This document shows, piece by piece, positions 13,458-26,616 of a DNA stretch of 64,000 bases. How positions within the stretch are numbered: the first letter of the stretch is position 1; the number at the start of each line of letters is the position of its first letter. The notes below the pieces were generated by a model. It saw only the letters and a list, made by a program, of their open reading frames with translations. It did no database searches and was not told the DNA's origin. The stretch comes from Eledone cirrhosa (lineage: Eukaryota). The translations under genes and the position numbers were made by a program. Location: positions 27,776,001 through 27,840,000 of the forward strand of contig OZ024755.1 of assembly GCA_964016885.1 (NCBI GenBank), in the 5' to 3' direction.

Positions 13458-13576
13458 GAAATAGTACAGTATAGTTGATCAATACGTTTTTATATAACGA
13501 CATGCTAAATTTAAAAAATATAAACATATATCTAGAAGTTAGTTAACAAAATATGTTGCGACATCATTAGAATAAA

Positions 13577-14028
13577 CTAGCAGAAAAATCACCCTTCGGG
13601 TGGTTTTCTGTTAGCATGTGTAGTGTGTATATTGATATTATACGCAGGTATATATACATGTAAATATGATACATCAAATAAAATCGTAATTGACAATATA
13701 AACAGAAATTGAACGAAGACTGTGTTACACTGTCTTATGTAATCAGTAACGTAATCCATGATACATTAAAAAAAGACGATATTATATATAAACTGCATTA
13801 GGAGGAAATTAGTGACAGAAAATTAGTATGTTTATTTAAGTGATCGCCACCGGAAGTGTTGACATCACACACTCTCTCTTTCTATATATATAGTAGTTGG
13901 TGGTGATGGTCGCAACGATATACCGGAAGTGCAACTTTGAAAAGAAGTCAAATTTAAATTATTTATTTTTACGAAATTATTTTTGTTTACGAAATTTAGT
14001 AGATAAATTATGTAATATTCATTCATTA
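13577..14028 (-). mobile_element. Interspersed repeat with Helitron-like 3' hairpin plus CTAG
   Basis: Plus-strand terminal hairpin CTAGCAGAAAAAYCACCC-TTC-GGGTGGTTTTCTGYTAG. Copies at ~25981-26360, ~17335-17522 (partial) and ~57545-57995 (inverted). Confidence 0.6.
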
Positions 14029-14029
14029 T

Positions 14030-14752
14030 TTGCCTTTCATCCTTACGGGGTCGATAAAATAAAGTACCAGTAATGCACTGGGTAATTGCTGGCCTTGTGC
14101 CTAAAGTAGAAACAATTATTTTTGGCAGTATCGGTAGAGAGTCGGACACCATGCTTTGAAGCATAGAGTTACGTCCCTTTATGATCTGAGTTCAAATCCC
14201 GCCGAGGTTAACTTTGCCTTTCATCCTTACGGGGTTGATAAAATAAAGTACCAGTAATACACTGGTTCATTGCTGTCCTTGTGCCAAAAGTAGAAACAAT
14301 TATTTATTCAAAGTAATCCAACTTATTTTACTAACGGGATAAAACGGGACCTGAACTCAGACCGCAAAGGGCCGTAACTCTATGCTGCAAAGCATGGCGT
14401 CCGAGGTTTCTATTTTTGGCACAAGGCCAGCAGTTACCCCAATGCATTACTAGTACTTTATTTTATCGACCCGCGTAAGGATGAAAGGCAAAACCAGCCT
14501 CGGCGAGATTTGAACTCAGACCGCAAAGGGCCGTAACGCTATGCTGCAAAGCATGGCATCCGAGGTTTCTATTTTTGGCACAAGGCCAGCAGTTACCCCA
14601 ATGCATTACTAGTACTTTATTTTATCGACCCCCGTAAAGATGAAAGGCAAAACCAGCCTCGGCGGGATTTGAACTCAGACCGCAAAGGGCCGTAACTCTA
14701 TTCTACAAATTATGGCGTCTGACCTTCTACCGATACTGTTAATCCACCGCTT
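14030..14752. mobile_element. Cluster of tRNA-derived SINE family 1 (two + copies, then about three - copies)
   Basis: ~190-bp consensus GGCGGTGGATTGGCAGTATCGG...GAGTTCAAATCCCGCCGAGGTTAACTTTGCCTTTCATCCTTACGGGGTCGATAAAATAAAGTACCAG...AGAAACAATTATT with A and B boxes. Roughly 40 full or partial copies in the window by eye. Confidence 0.9.
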
Positions 14753-15114
14753 TTGTGTCGTAAATATTGTCCATTCCCAATTGTACAATCATATGAGTTT
14801 AAAGATTTCGAGAGAAATTTTATCCGTAAAATATGATTAAAAGTGTAATGGCAAATGCTGTTTCCGTTACAAATTGCAGAAGGTTATTTTGCAGGAAATA
14901 GGAGGAACAGATGTCATATCCTTGTGGTTGTGTTCATTAAGCATTTACTGAGTCTATAGTGACTATTGCTGTTTTAATGATAATGACAGCTATGGTTCGA
15001 ATCACCACTCTCCCCCTCTCTCTCTCTCTCTCTCTGGTGGTAAGAATGTTTTTTGAAAATACAACTAGAACTCACACACGCATGTACATACACCTACTAT
15101 CATGTTTATATAAA

Positions 15115-15177
<63 letters not shown>

Positions 15178-16529
15178 CACGTTCCATGTTTTAGAAGAAA
15201 GTTTTGATTTGGAATTCTTTCTCAAAATTTATTTTAAATGTTTTAAGAGCAACGTTTGCTATTTGGCCAATGTCCAACATATTTTATATATTATTTTATG
15301 TTCAAATCCCGCCGAGGTTAACTTTGCCTTTCATCCTTACGGGGTCGATAAAATAAAGTACCAGTAATGTACTGGGTAATTGCTGGCCTTGTGCCAATAG
15401 TAGAAACAATTATTTTATGTTAACGCATTTTTCATGCCTTTTAACAAAATTATTGACCATTTTTAGAGATCCTATTGTCAGGTCACTCTTGAGTGCTACT
15501 GGTAGCATGTAACCCAGTACAACTTGTCGGTCGCATGGTCGGGTCGTCGGTGACTAAATCGGCAACCCCACCAAGTTTACTTGGTGAGGAGGGTGATTTT
15601 GGACACCTTTCAGGACAAAAAACAAAACCTGACAAAGGGCGGAAGAACTCATAAACGTCAACGGCCATCTAAAAAAATCTTAACTTAAATATTAATATTC
15701 CAGCAAGAACATACTACATATTAATTTAATAATATTAGTTTTATATATTACAAATTACTTTTAAGAACAATTGCTATTTTACACGTGCATTTTATCGATT
15801 TCAAAGCATCATATACACGTCAAAGGTTTTCTTTTGATATATAACGTTTTACTTTCTTTTTATCACCCCCGCAAACCATTATTAAGATAGAGTAAGCTTC
15901 TAAATATTTATTAAATTCCAGGTTGCCTTCTAGTATAGTGTCTTAAATCTATAAACTCATACATACATTTTCCAATTAATAGATTTTGTAATATTGTATT
16001 TCAATTATTATTTACTTTGCACAGTTTTATACCGAATCCGCATACAGCCATATTTTAATTACACCTTTTGTCAAATTATACCACTGGCTCTCTTTCTAAC
16101 GGCAAAAACCATACAAGATTTAACTCAAAACAGGAGTTCTTAACTATCTAACAATACAAGTAAAACTTTAAAATATCTTATTAAACTGATCTAAAAGGAA
16201 CCGTAATTTAAATTTATTTTTATGTCTTTTGTTTCTGTTTAAAGTTATGTGTGTTTTACATATGCATGGTTTAGTTGTTTGTAAAGAGAATTGTTTAAGA
16301 TAGAAATCAGATATGTTTCTTTGGTGTTTTTTAGTACATAAACTGCGTACATCTTAGTAGATTTCTCATTTCTTATTACATACTTTTTCGGAAAATATCT
16401 TTATAAATAAAAGAAAAATATATATTTTTTAAATTACTTTTAGCCTTCAACCTTATTTGTATTATATGTATTTCATACATAATTATTTTTATATCATATG
16501 AAATAGATTGGATATACCAATTATTATTC

Positions 16530-16775
16530 TTGTCTTCTCGTGACGCTAAACTCTGCCAGTTGCAGACTGCGCATCAACATAAGATATCTCTTTCCACAAA
16601 GTTCGATCACCAGCAGCAGAGTCCAGTCCATAAGTTGACATTGTCAAGCCATCTTTTGGCTGCCGGCCTCTGCTTCTCTTACTAGCCAACTTTCCTTCCA
16701 GGCATAACCTACTCACACCACGAGTTGATCTTTTTATGTGGCCGTATAGTTTGAGTACTCTTGACTTGGCATTTG
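16530..16775 (-). mobile_element. RTE LINE 3' fragment
   Basis: LKLYGHIKRS...LEGKLASKRSRGRQ matches the RTE C-terminal motif (W/YGH...EG.R.RGRP). Confidence 0.7.
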
Positions 16776-18112
16776 ATGTAATTATTACCAATTATTATTG
16801 ATATATATTTCGGTGAATTGGCAGTATCGGTAGAGGGTCGGACGCCATGCTTTGACGCATAGAGTTACGGCCCTTGGCATTCTGAGTTCAAATCCCGCCG
16901 AGGTTAACTTTGCCTTTCATACTTACGGGGTCGATAAAATAAAGTACCAGTAATCTACTGGATAATTGCTGGCCTTGTGCCAAAAGTAGAAACAATTACT
17001 GATATATATTTCCATCTCCTGTTTAGGTTTCTGGCAGGAGTAAGTTTGTTGGTCTGTTTAGTTTATTTGTTGGGTGGTGTAGTTGAAGTTATGAGGTGAA
17101 GTTGATGAAGTTGTTGAATGATTGGTTTGTTGGACTCGGTTCCATGACAAGTGTGTCTCAGTGAGTCGAGAGAATTGTTGCTGTGAATCTTGCGAGATTG
17201 GTAAAAACTTCGATATGCGCAGTGGAAACTTCTCTATTCTGTCCGCCGGGGCTGTGGGGTGGGCCCCATCGCGTACCAATACATTAGTTAAATACCATTC
17301 TTTCATCGTTACAACTTATATCCACATTAATTATTTGTAAAATATATAAACTACATTAGGAGAAAATTAGTGACAGAAAATTAGTATGTTTATTTTAGCG
17401 ATGGCCAACCGGAAGTGTTGACATTTCAAAAATTTTAAAGAAGTGAATCTTTAAATAAACAAAATATATTGAATAAACAGCCACGAAATTTAGTAGATAA
17501 ATTATGTAATATTCATTCATTATGTACATAAATTGTAGCGCATATACAAATAGATGTATATTTTGGCAGTTTGGGGAGAAAAATGCCCCCGATACACTCT
17601 GTTGTATACTAAACGTTTAATCATACTATTTTACAAACAACAAGCACAAAACTGAATGAATAAATGAATGCGGATATAGAAATATAAATGTAATAAATTT
17701 ATTATTACTTATTTTCGTAAAAAAGACTCAATACAGAAATTTATTCTGAAGCCATCCAAAAGTGTGCAATTATTCTGAAACATTTTCCAGCTGGCAATGT
17801 CACAACTTCAATACAATACTACTGCATAGTGAGCACAGCCAGAAGAATTCCACTCTCAGGAATATGTAATGACCAAGATCTGGTGGAGAATCCATTTCAA
17901 ATTTGGGAGAACACGACCATCTATCATGAACGATGGTTTAAATCAATCTTTAACAAGTACAGCAGACGCCGGGTTTGTGTTGATTTCTTCATACTTAAGA
18001 GTTCGATTCACTGTATTCGCGTCATTTGTAGTATTTCTGGATTCAGGATCTAAAATATATTTAAAAACTTTATATTAGTGTGGGTTTAACTTTAATGCTG
18101 TTATGTTCCGCA

Positions 18113-18410
18113 CAGAGGCATAACTAGGGAAAATAGCGCCTGTAGCAAGCAGTAACATTGCACCTCTGCACAGCTCTGTATTTTTACCTATGGGCCTCAT
18201 GATTTATATAAATGGTTTAATGAGCCTGTCACCATAGTATTCTCACCCGTGATAATCAGAGACAGATCATACATCTGAAAGAGTTTTTTTTTTCACTCTT
18301 CGGCGAGGCTTATTTAACTTTAATAGAACGTGTTCCTAGTCCATGTGGCGCCCCCTTCATGTGACACCCATAGCACGTGCCATGCTTGCCATAACCTAAT
18401 TACGTCTCTG
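18113..18410. mobile_element. hAT-like MITE in intron 2 of copy A
   Basis: TIRs CAGAGGCATAACTAGG / CCTAATTACGTCTCTG with a degenerate 8-bp TSD. The empty site is visible in the paralog at ~35095-35110. Confidence 0.75.
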
Positions 18411-18814
18411 GGCCTGTATCTCATAGCTACTTTAAAGCTTACAACTTCAAGTTGTTTATCTAGGGCATGTCAAATGAGCGAAGCAGATTGCCCTCCAAGG
18501 TGTATGTGAAAGGGGCTGAAAGATTTTAATTCAGCATTAAAAACTAACAAAACCTTCGTTAACTTTGTAATGTCGTGCTTTCAGAGATGTATTAACTTTA
18601 CCACTTTATTTGTCACATAGTTAAGGAGACTGGAATATTGAGAGTTAAGTGCCTGATCCATGGACACAGTGCACCACAAAGGACATGATAACATTTCATT
18701 TTATTTAACTTTACCCAAGATTCTTATCTCTTACATAAACACATTTTTGTATTCTTTATTAAATATATATTTATTGATTTCGATTTCGAAGTGCTGCCGA
18801 CTTTTACCTATGGT

Positions 18815-19060
18815 CATGAATCTTGGTTAATGACTGAAATAATTCGATCGCGAATACAAGCGGCCGAAATAGAGTTCCTCCAAAGGGTCTTTGGAGTAAT
18901 GTTACTCAATAGAGTACGTAGCTCGGAGATGGTAGAGTCACTCCAGGTAGAGCCGCTACTTCTCTGAACTGAGAGACCACGGCTCCGATATTACGGACAT
19001 GTGGTCAGAATGTCAGGGAAAAGAATTGCTGGATAAATTCCTGGAATTGACAAGAATTCT
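18815..19060 (+). mobile_element. RTE (Expander/Rex3-like) LINE fragment
   Basis: PTFTYGHESWLMTE...RIQAAEIEFLQRV...RLRYYGHVVRM. Confidence 0.8.
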
Positions 19061-19070
19061 CTCTAAAGAG

Positions 19071-19116
<46 letters not shown>

Positions 19117-19279
19117 ACTTTTATAATTTATTAATACTAACGAAGACTGCCTACGCAATGATTACAAATATCTCCCTGATTCAGAGAAGTATCAATAATT
19201 ATCAGGAAATCTAGAGCTTTCTTATATTAGCTGTCCTTATCGTATCTAAATATGTTTGTTTTTTTAAAATCAACAGTTC

Positions 19280-20165
<886 letters not shown>

Positions 20166-20440
20166 TAAATGGAATAGAATGAAACGAAATTTCATTTCTC
20201 ACTCTTAGTTACTTAAATGTAAGTATGTATGTATGTATACGTACATACATATATGTATACAGACGTACAGTAGTATGTATATATATACATACATGCACAC
20301 ATATATACAAGCACGTATCGGTTTACCGAACATTTATTATAATGCTCGGTTTGTTTGGTTGTAAACAAACAAACAGCCCGAATTACGCCGTACAGTCTTT
20401 AGGCAACCACGTCACCTTTTTGTTCACCACTGACACAGGA

Positions 20441-20483
20441 ACGATGTACTAGTTTCAAGCTTATTAGCTATCGTCAGCATCGT
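20441..20483 (-). ncRNA. Minimal type I hammerhead ribozyme, sense to NUPR1-A intron 2
   Basis: ACGATG-CTGACGA-tAGCT(AATA)AGCTt-GAAA-CTAG-TA-CATCGT. Stem I can extend through CACAGGA/TCCTGTG. Confidence 0.82.
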
Positions 20484-20573
20484 ATACCTTCCTGCCAGAT
20501 GGTTGAACGTTCCTGTGCTCTTGTGTTGGCATGTAAACAGAACTGCAGACACTAATGTTTCTGGGTACAGTTC

Positions 20574-20619
20574 ACTGTACTGATGAAGGGTGATACCCAG
20601 AAACATTAGTATCTGCAGT
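20574..20619 (+). ncRNA. Minimal hammerhead ribozyme within a 50-bp inverted repeat
   Basis: ACTGTA-CTGATGA-aGGGT(GAT)ACCCa-GAAA-CATTAGTA-TC-TGCAGT. The inverted copy of its 3' half (20518-20567) keeps the canonical GAAAC...GTC. Confidence 0.7.
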
Positions 20620-20898
20620 TCTGTTTACATGTCAACACAAGAGGAAAAATGAGGAGCTCATTCTACTGACATGGCATTAAAAATGAGGCTTGTTTGCATA
20701 ATTGCAAATGAATCGAATATTATTATTAATATTCGAAAAACTCGGATTACATTTATTGTATTCAGCCATGTAGAACGATAATTTTTATTTAATTATGATA
20801 TATATATATATAATATAGCGATAGCTATCACTTATTAACTATATACCAACATTGCAATGAACTGTATAACGTATTAAATTGACTGTATAACGTATTTC

Positions 20899-21117
20899 TT
20901 ACTTGCAACGTGATCGTGTTTTGTTGTTGTTATTGTTATTCATGAGTTTCTGTAAAGTCTTGCGGTTATGGCCATTAGGGTCGTGTCTGTTAGTATGTTC
21001 TCTGGCTTCTCTCTTTGATCGACCTTTGCCACTATGGCCAACATGGATATATTGGTCACGGTTCATGCTCACCACATCGTATTCGTCCATGTAGTTTTCT
21101 ACGACGAAGTCAGACAT
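20899..21117 (-). CDS. NUPR1: Nuclear protein 1 / p8-like protein, copy A (72 aa unspliced; ends ...RCKS* if spliced to 18049)
   Basis: MDEYD...HSGKGRSKREAREHTNRHDPNGHNRKTLQKLMN matches the Phospho_p8 family signature (compare GRTKREAAANTNRPSPGGHERKLVTKLQN). AAGATG start context and flanking splice sites. Confidence 0.92.
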   Translation of the reverse strand: MSDFVVENYMDEYDVVSMNRDQYIHVGHSGKGRSKREAREHTNRHDPNGHNRKTLQKLMNNNNNNKTRSRCK

Positions 21118-21430
21118 CTTGAAGTTTACAAATCCTTAAAGACGATATAGTTTCCTGAAAGACAGAAAGAAGGAAGATGTTATTAGATTGTAATTTAAAG
21201 CTGAACGTGGATTGGCAGTATCGGTAGAGTGTCGGAAGCCATGCTTTGCAGCATAGAGTTACGGCCCTTTATGGTCTGATTTCATATTATAAGTTAGCTC
21301 TCTATAAATTATCGATTAATGCCAATGTGAAAAACTGAACCTCATTCTGTATGTGTGTGTATGTGTGAGTGTGTCTGTGTGAGTGTGTGACTGTGTGTGT
21401 GTGTGTGTGTGTGAATGTGTGTATGTGAGA

Positions 21431-21467
<37 letters not shown>

Positions 21468-22083
21468 TGTGTATGTGTGTGTGTGTTTGCGCACACATAT
21501 ACACTGGAAACTTTATATAAAATAGAAGCTATTTCTCCCTGTCAGTCCGTTACAACATATATGTAGGAGGGGGTGGGGGTGGGGGTGGGTGGGGAGTGAA
21601 AGGTTGTTGTTGTTGAGGGAGAAACAAAGGGCGGTGGGTTGGTAGAATCGGTAGAGCGTCGGACACCAAGCTTCACAGCATAGAGTTACGTCCCTTTGCG
21701 TTTTGAGTTCAAATCCCGCCGAGGTTAGCTTTGTCTTTCATCTCTACGGGACCGGGTCGATAAAATAAAGTACCAGCAATGCACTGGAGTCGATTTAATC
21801 GACTTTCTCCTCCCCTTCAAATTGCTGGCCTTGTGACAGCAATTTGTGTAGCAACAATTATTAAGGGAGAAACACAGTGAGAGCGAGAGAGAGAGAGAGA
21901 GGGGGGGAGGGAGAGAGGGGGGATCGTTTAAAGCGTAATTCAACAATACAGTGACATCATAATAACAAATTAACACATCCTTCACTGAGAAAGTCAATGT
22001 AAACATTTGATTAATTTATGAAGGTATGTACAGGATAAACAAATATTTTTACTGGAAGCGTATCGACGGATTTTTTATTAGTA

Positions 22084-22345
22084 CCGTATTTCCCGGCGCC
22101 CTAATTTTGACAACCAAAAATTTGAAAAAAAAAATAATTGTTTCTACGTTAGGCACAAGGCCATCAATTACCCAGTGCATTACTGGTACTTTATTTTATC
22201 GACCCCGTAAAGATGAAAGGCAAAGTTAACCTCGGCGGGATTTGAAAAAAAAAATAATAAACAATCTTCGGCCCCCAGGACGCATGGTAGATTTTTGAGA
22301 CGTATTTTAGGAAAAAAATAGCGTCTTCGACGCCGGGAAATACGG
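22084..22345. mobile_element. TA-targeting MITE with nested 5'-truncated SINE
   Basis: TA|CCGTATTTCCCGGCG ... CGCCGGGAAATACGG|TA. The SINE insert has a 19-bp duplication ATTTG(A)10TAAT at 22120-22138 and 22240-22258. Confidence 0.8.
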
Positions 22346-22570
22346 TAAGTATAATCAGGAATCAGAAACTGAACCAAGCTGTTTCTGTCTTTCCTTTCTT
22401 AACTGACGTCGTACACTAAAATCATGAATAGAATACAGCATAGAGTTACGGCCCTTTATGATCTGAGTTCAAATCCCGCCGAGGTTAACTTTGCCTTTCA
22501 TCCTTACGGGATCGATAAAATAAAGTACCAGTAATGTACTGTGGTAATTGTGCCGATATAAGAAACCATT

Positions 22571-22588
22571 ATTGCGTCATTGCAAAAT
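22571..22588 (-). promoter_or_regulatory. Candidate C/EBP-ATF composite site with overlapping C/EBP-like site, intron 1 of copy A
   Basis: ATTGCGTCATTGCAAAAT (reverse strand ATGACGCAAT), identical in copy B at 42695-42712. Confidence 0.4.
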
Positions 22589-23429
22589 ATATCAAACACA
22601 TGACAATGTTGAGATTGTCTTTCAGTTCTCATTGGAATGGTAGAATTTAAATAAATTCTAAGCTACATTATGAGTAATGAAAACTTGAAGTTAGAAATCT
22701 CTAGAAGTGAAGTAACTTAATGAATATATACTGAAAGATGTTAGGTAAAACAATGTTTGAATCTTGAATTATGTAATTCAGCATACATTGATTAGTTTTT
22801 AAGGACATATAGATAGGGACATTGTATTATATCGCAGCAAGTTAGGCAAATGTTTCCTGGTCCTGGCAGACAAAATAATGATTTCTTATATAGGCACAAT
22901 GCCAACAATTTGAAGGTGAGAAGAAAGTCGATTAAATCGACTCCAATGTATTACTGGTGCTTTATTTATCGACCCCGTAAGGATGAAAGGCAAGGCTAAT
23001 CTTGGCGGGATTTGAACTCAGAACATAAAGGGACGTAACTCTATACAGTAATGTCTCATTTCGTCCTTTTTTCCACTTTGTCTCGTTATTCGAACAACTT
23101 CAACACTCATCGTCGGTATCGACGCTGGTCCAACACACACACACACACGTGTTGACATAGCGCTGCGTCAGTTGAATGAGAATAATTCAAAAAATAAACA
23201 AAGTTTAAACTCAAAAGAATTAATACTTACGACTAGAAACAGGAAAAACTGGAGGTTTACAGGAAAAGTTAAACAGAATTAAGTCTTGTAAATAAAGGAG
23301 GATAGACTGGACAATGTAGTGTATTAGCAGAAAATGCTAGAAATAGCTGTCAAATCACTCCTAAATTGCCTACTAAACTGGAGGTTTACAGGAAAAGTTT
23401 ACGATAAGTTTAAACGGAGCTTAGTCTTA

Positions 23430-23466
23430 TAAATGGTGTGTTCGTATTACGTTCGTATTTTATATA
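23430..23466 (-). promoter_or_regulatory. TATA box and Inr-like start, copy A
   Basis: TATATAAAA at 23466-23458 with CCATTT about 30 nt downstream; conserved in copy B. Confidence 0.65.
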
Positions 23467-23723
23467 CAACAATTGTTGTTGTGGGAGGGTGTTTGTCACA
23501 TATAGGAATGTGATCCTGTGTGTATGTGTGTAAGGTGGGTGTGTAATAGAGAGAGAGAGAGAGAGAGAGTGTGTGTGTGTTTGTGTTGACCTTCATGTGT
23601 ATATATTTACACATAGATACGCACAACTCTCTTTCTCCACTCCTTCCTGGTTCTCTCTCCCCGTCTTTCTTTCTTTCTTTCACTCTCTCTCACTCTCTCT
23701 CTCTCTATCTATCTATAAACATG

Positions 23724-23768
<45 letters not shown>

Positions 23769-23979
23769 TAAATTTTATTTGACTGTTCTTCAAACGTACT
23801 CACTCTCTCCCTCTCTCTCTTCTCTCTCTCTCTGTCCCCCCCTCACCATCTCTCCCTTCCTCTCTCTCCTACATATTACACAACATACAACACATGGTGT
23901 AATCCCAAGGCTTGGTCTTGTTTACTCATTGTAAGTCACGTCAAACTATGACTCATAGAAAAAAACTCAATATTAATAC

Positions 23980-24199
23980 ACACTCTCTCTCTCTCTGCCT
24001 GTCTCTCTGTGACGCTCCCTCTCTCTGCCTGTCTCTCTCTGTTTATCTCTCTCTCTCTCTCACCCCCCCTCTCTCTCTCCCTCACTCTCTCTCTGTCTCT
24101 CTCTCCTTCACTCTCTGTCAGTCTCTGTCTCTCTCTCTCTCTCCCTCACTCTCTGTCTGCTCTGTCTGTCTCTCTCTGTCTCTCTCTCCCTCACTCTCT

Positions 24200-24294
<95 letters not shown>
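23980..24294. repeat. (CT)n microsatellite
   Basis: Directly visible in the sequence. Confidence 0.95.
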
Positions 24295-24296
<2 letters not shown>

Positions 24297-24463
24297 GACT
24301 GTCGATCTGTATTTTTTATTGTATTTAGTAAATCTGTCCACATCTATTTTTACCATATCTCTTCTGCAATACACATTCCGATATCTTTGTTATAATTCAA
24401 ACCTATGCAAGGAAGAAGGTGACCATTTTAAAAGACCCCCACCACTAGAATCCTAATCGTACC

Positions 24464-25369
24464 TTTAGTTCTTATAGACCAGAGGTTCTCAAACGCCCTC
24501 CCCCTCTCATGGACGTAATACCCTCAGCGCCCCCACCCCTATTTTCAGAGAGACCAGCCTATTTAGTTCTTATAGACCAGAGGTTCTCAAACGCCCTCCC
24601 CCTCTCATGGACGTAATACCCTCAGCGCCCCGACCCCTATTTTCAGAGAGACCAGCCTATTTAGTTCTTAGAGACCAGAGGTTCTCAAACGTTTTGCCCC
24701 CCCCCCCCACCCTCTCATTGACGTAATACCCTCAGCGCCCCGACCCCTATTTTCAGAGAGACCAGCCTATTTAGTTCTTAGAGACCAGAGGTTCTCAAAC
24801 ACCCCTCCCCCTCTCATGGACGTAATACCCTCAGCGCCCCGACCCCTATTTTCAGAGAGACCAGCCTATTTAGTTCTTAGAGACCAGAGGTTCTCAAACG
24901 CCCCTCTCCCCTCTCATGGACGTAATACCCTCAGCGCCCCGACCCCTATTTTCAGAGAGACCAGCCTATTTAGTTCTTAGAGACCAGAGGTTCTCAAACG
25001 CCCCTCTCCCCTCTCATGGACGTAATACCCTCAGCGCCCCGACCCCTATTTTCAGAGAGACCAACCTATTTAGTTCTTAGAGACCAGAGGTTCTCAAACA
25101 CCCCTCCCCCTCTCATGGACGTAATACCCTCAGCGCCCCCACCCCTATTTTCAGAGAGACCAGCCTATTTAGTTCTTAGAGACCAGAGGTTCTCAAACAC
25201 CCCTCCCCCTCTCATTGACGTAATACCCTAAGCCCCCCACCCCTATTTTCAGAGAGACCAGCCTATTTAGTTCTTAGAGACCAGAGGTTCTCAAACGTTT
25301 TGCCCCCCACCCTCTCATGGACGTAATACCCTCAGCGTCCCCAACCCTATTTTCAGAGAGACCAGCCTA
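24464..25369. repeat. ~98-110-bp minisatellite, 9 copies, derived from a hAT-like element end plus its flank
   Basis: CAGAGGTTCTCAAAC at 24480, 24578, 24676, 24786, 24885, 24985, 25085, 25184 and 25282. Matching opposite TIR TTTGAGAACCTTTG at ~26991-27004. Confidence 0.92.
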
Positions 25370-25391
25370 CACGCAATTTGTAAATAATATA

Positions 25392-25707
25392 TCTATATAT
25401 TACTAAAACTTTGTGATTGCTTGCTTGCTTGTCTGTGATATAATACAGCCAAAGGGGCGCATAATGGGAAAATACTTCGAAAGGAAGTTGACCCTGAAAT
25501 GGAAATACAAATGGAATAACACAGGTTTCGCGTAAATCAAAGCACGGGTTCCCGAGATATGGGTTTTTTTCTGGGTACCTTCATAAACAGAGAGAAGGAT
25601 AGAGAGAAAGAGATAGTGGTTGTGAGAGAGTAGATTGAAAGAGAGATATAGAGAGAAGCAGAGGAGACAGAGAAGGAGAATGAAAGAAAGAGAGCTGGTG
25701 GTGTTGT

Positions 25708-25742
<35 letters not shown>

Positions 25743-25816
25743 GTGCGTATGTATATATATGTGTGTGTGTATACGTGTGTGTGTGTCTATGTCCAGTGTA
25801 TATAGATCACAGACAC

Positions 25817-25868
<52 letters not shown>

Positions 25869-26616
25869 GCACACATACATAGATATATATATATATATAT
25901 GTATACACACACACATTTATATAGATACATACACACATGTATATATATGGGCCTTCCAGTTCCATTTCACATTATATACACTAGCAGAAAAACCACCCTT
26001 CGGGTGGTTTTCTGCTAGCATGTGTTGTGTGTATATTGATATTATACGCAAATATATATGCATCTAGATATGATACATCAAATAAAATCGTAATTGACAA
26101 TATACACAGAAATTGAACGAAGACTGCGTTACACTCTCATATGTAATCAGTAACATAATCCATGATACATTAAAATATTATATATATAAACTGTTTCAGG
26201 AGAAAATTAGGGACGGAAATATATGAATGTTTATGTAAGCGATCGCTAACCGAAAGTGTTGACATTTGAAAATTTTAAAGAAGTGAATCTTTAAATAAGT
26301 AATAAAATATATTTAATGAACAGCCACGAAATTTAGTAGATAAATTATGTAATATTCATTAATAAAGTACCAGTAATGCACTGGGTAATTACTGGCCTTG
26401 TGCCTAAAGTAGAAACAATTATTTATTCAAAGTAATACAACTTATTTTACAAACGGAATAAAAAAATATATTCTGGATGCAGTCCCGCACTCCTTTCTTT
26501 ATTGTAGTTTACATGTCTATGAATGTTTTAATTATTTAAAAAATATTTCTAAGGGAACATAATTTAAAAAACATATTTTGAAGTGAACGTGACCTAAGGG
26601 GTCACGGGTGGTCTAG
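25392..26616 (+). mobile_element. Probable non-autonomous Helitron with nested inserts
   Basis: A|TCTATATAT 5' end; CGTGACC/GGTCACG hairpin then CTAG|T 3' end. Confidence 0.5.

Noticed and set aside
13147-13527. Mucin-like Pro/Thr ORF and poly-Val ORF
   Set aside because: Simple (GGT)n repeat with no supporting splice or domain evidence.
17935-18049. Alternative coding frame DPESRNTT...VKD* in exon 3
   Set aside because: Exon 2 ends in phase 2, which gives AAA-TCC-TGA, so this frame is 3'UTR.
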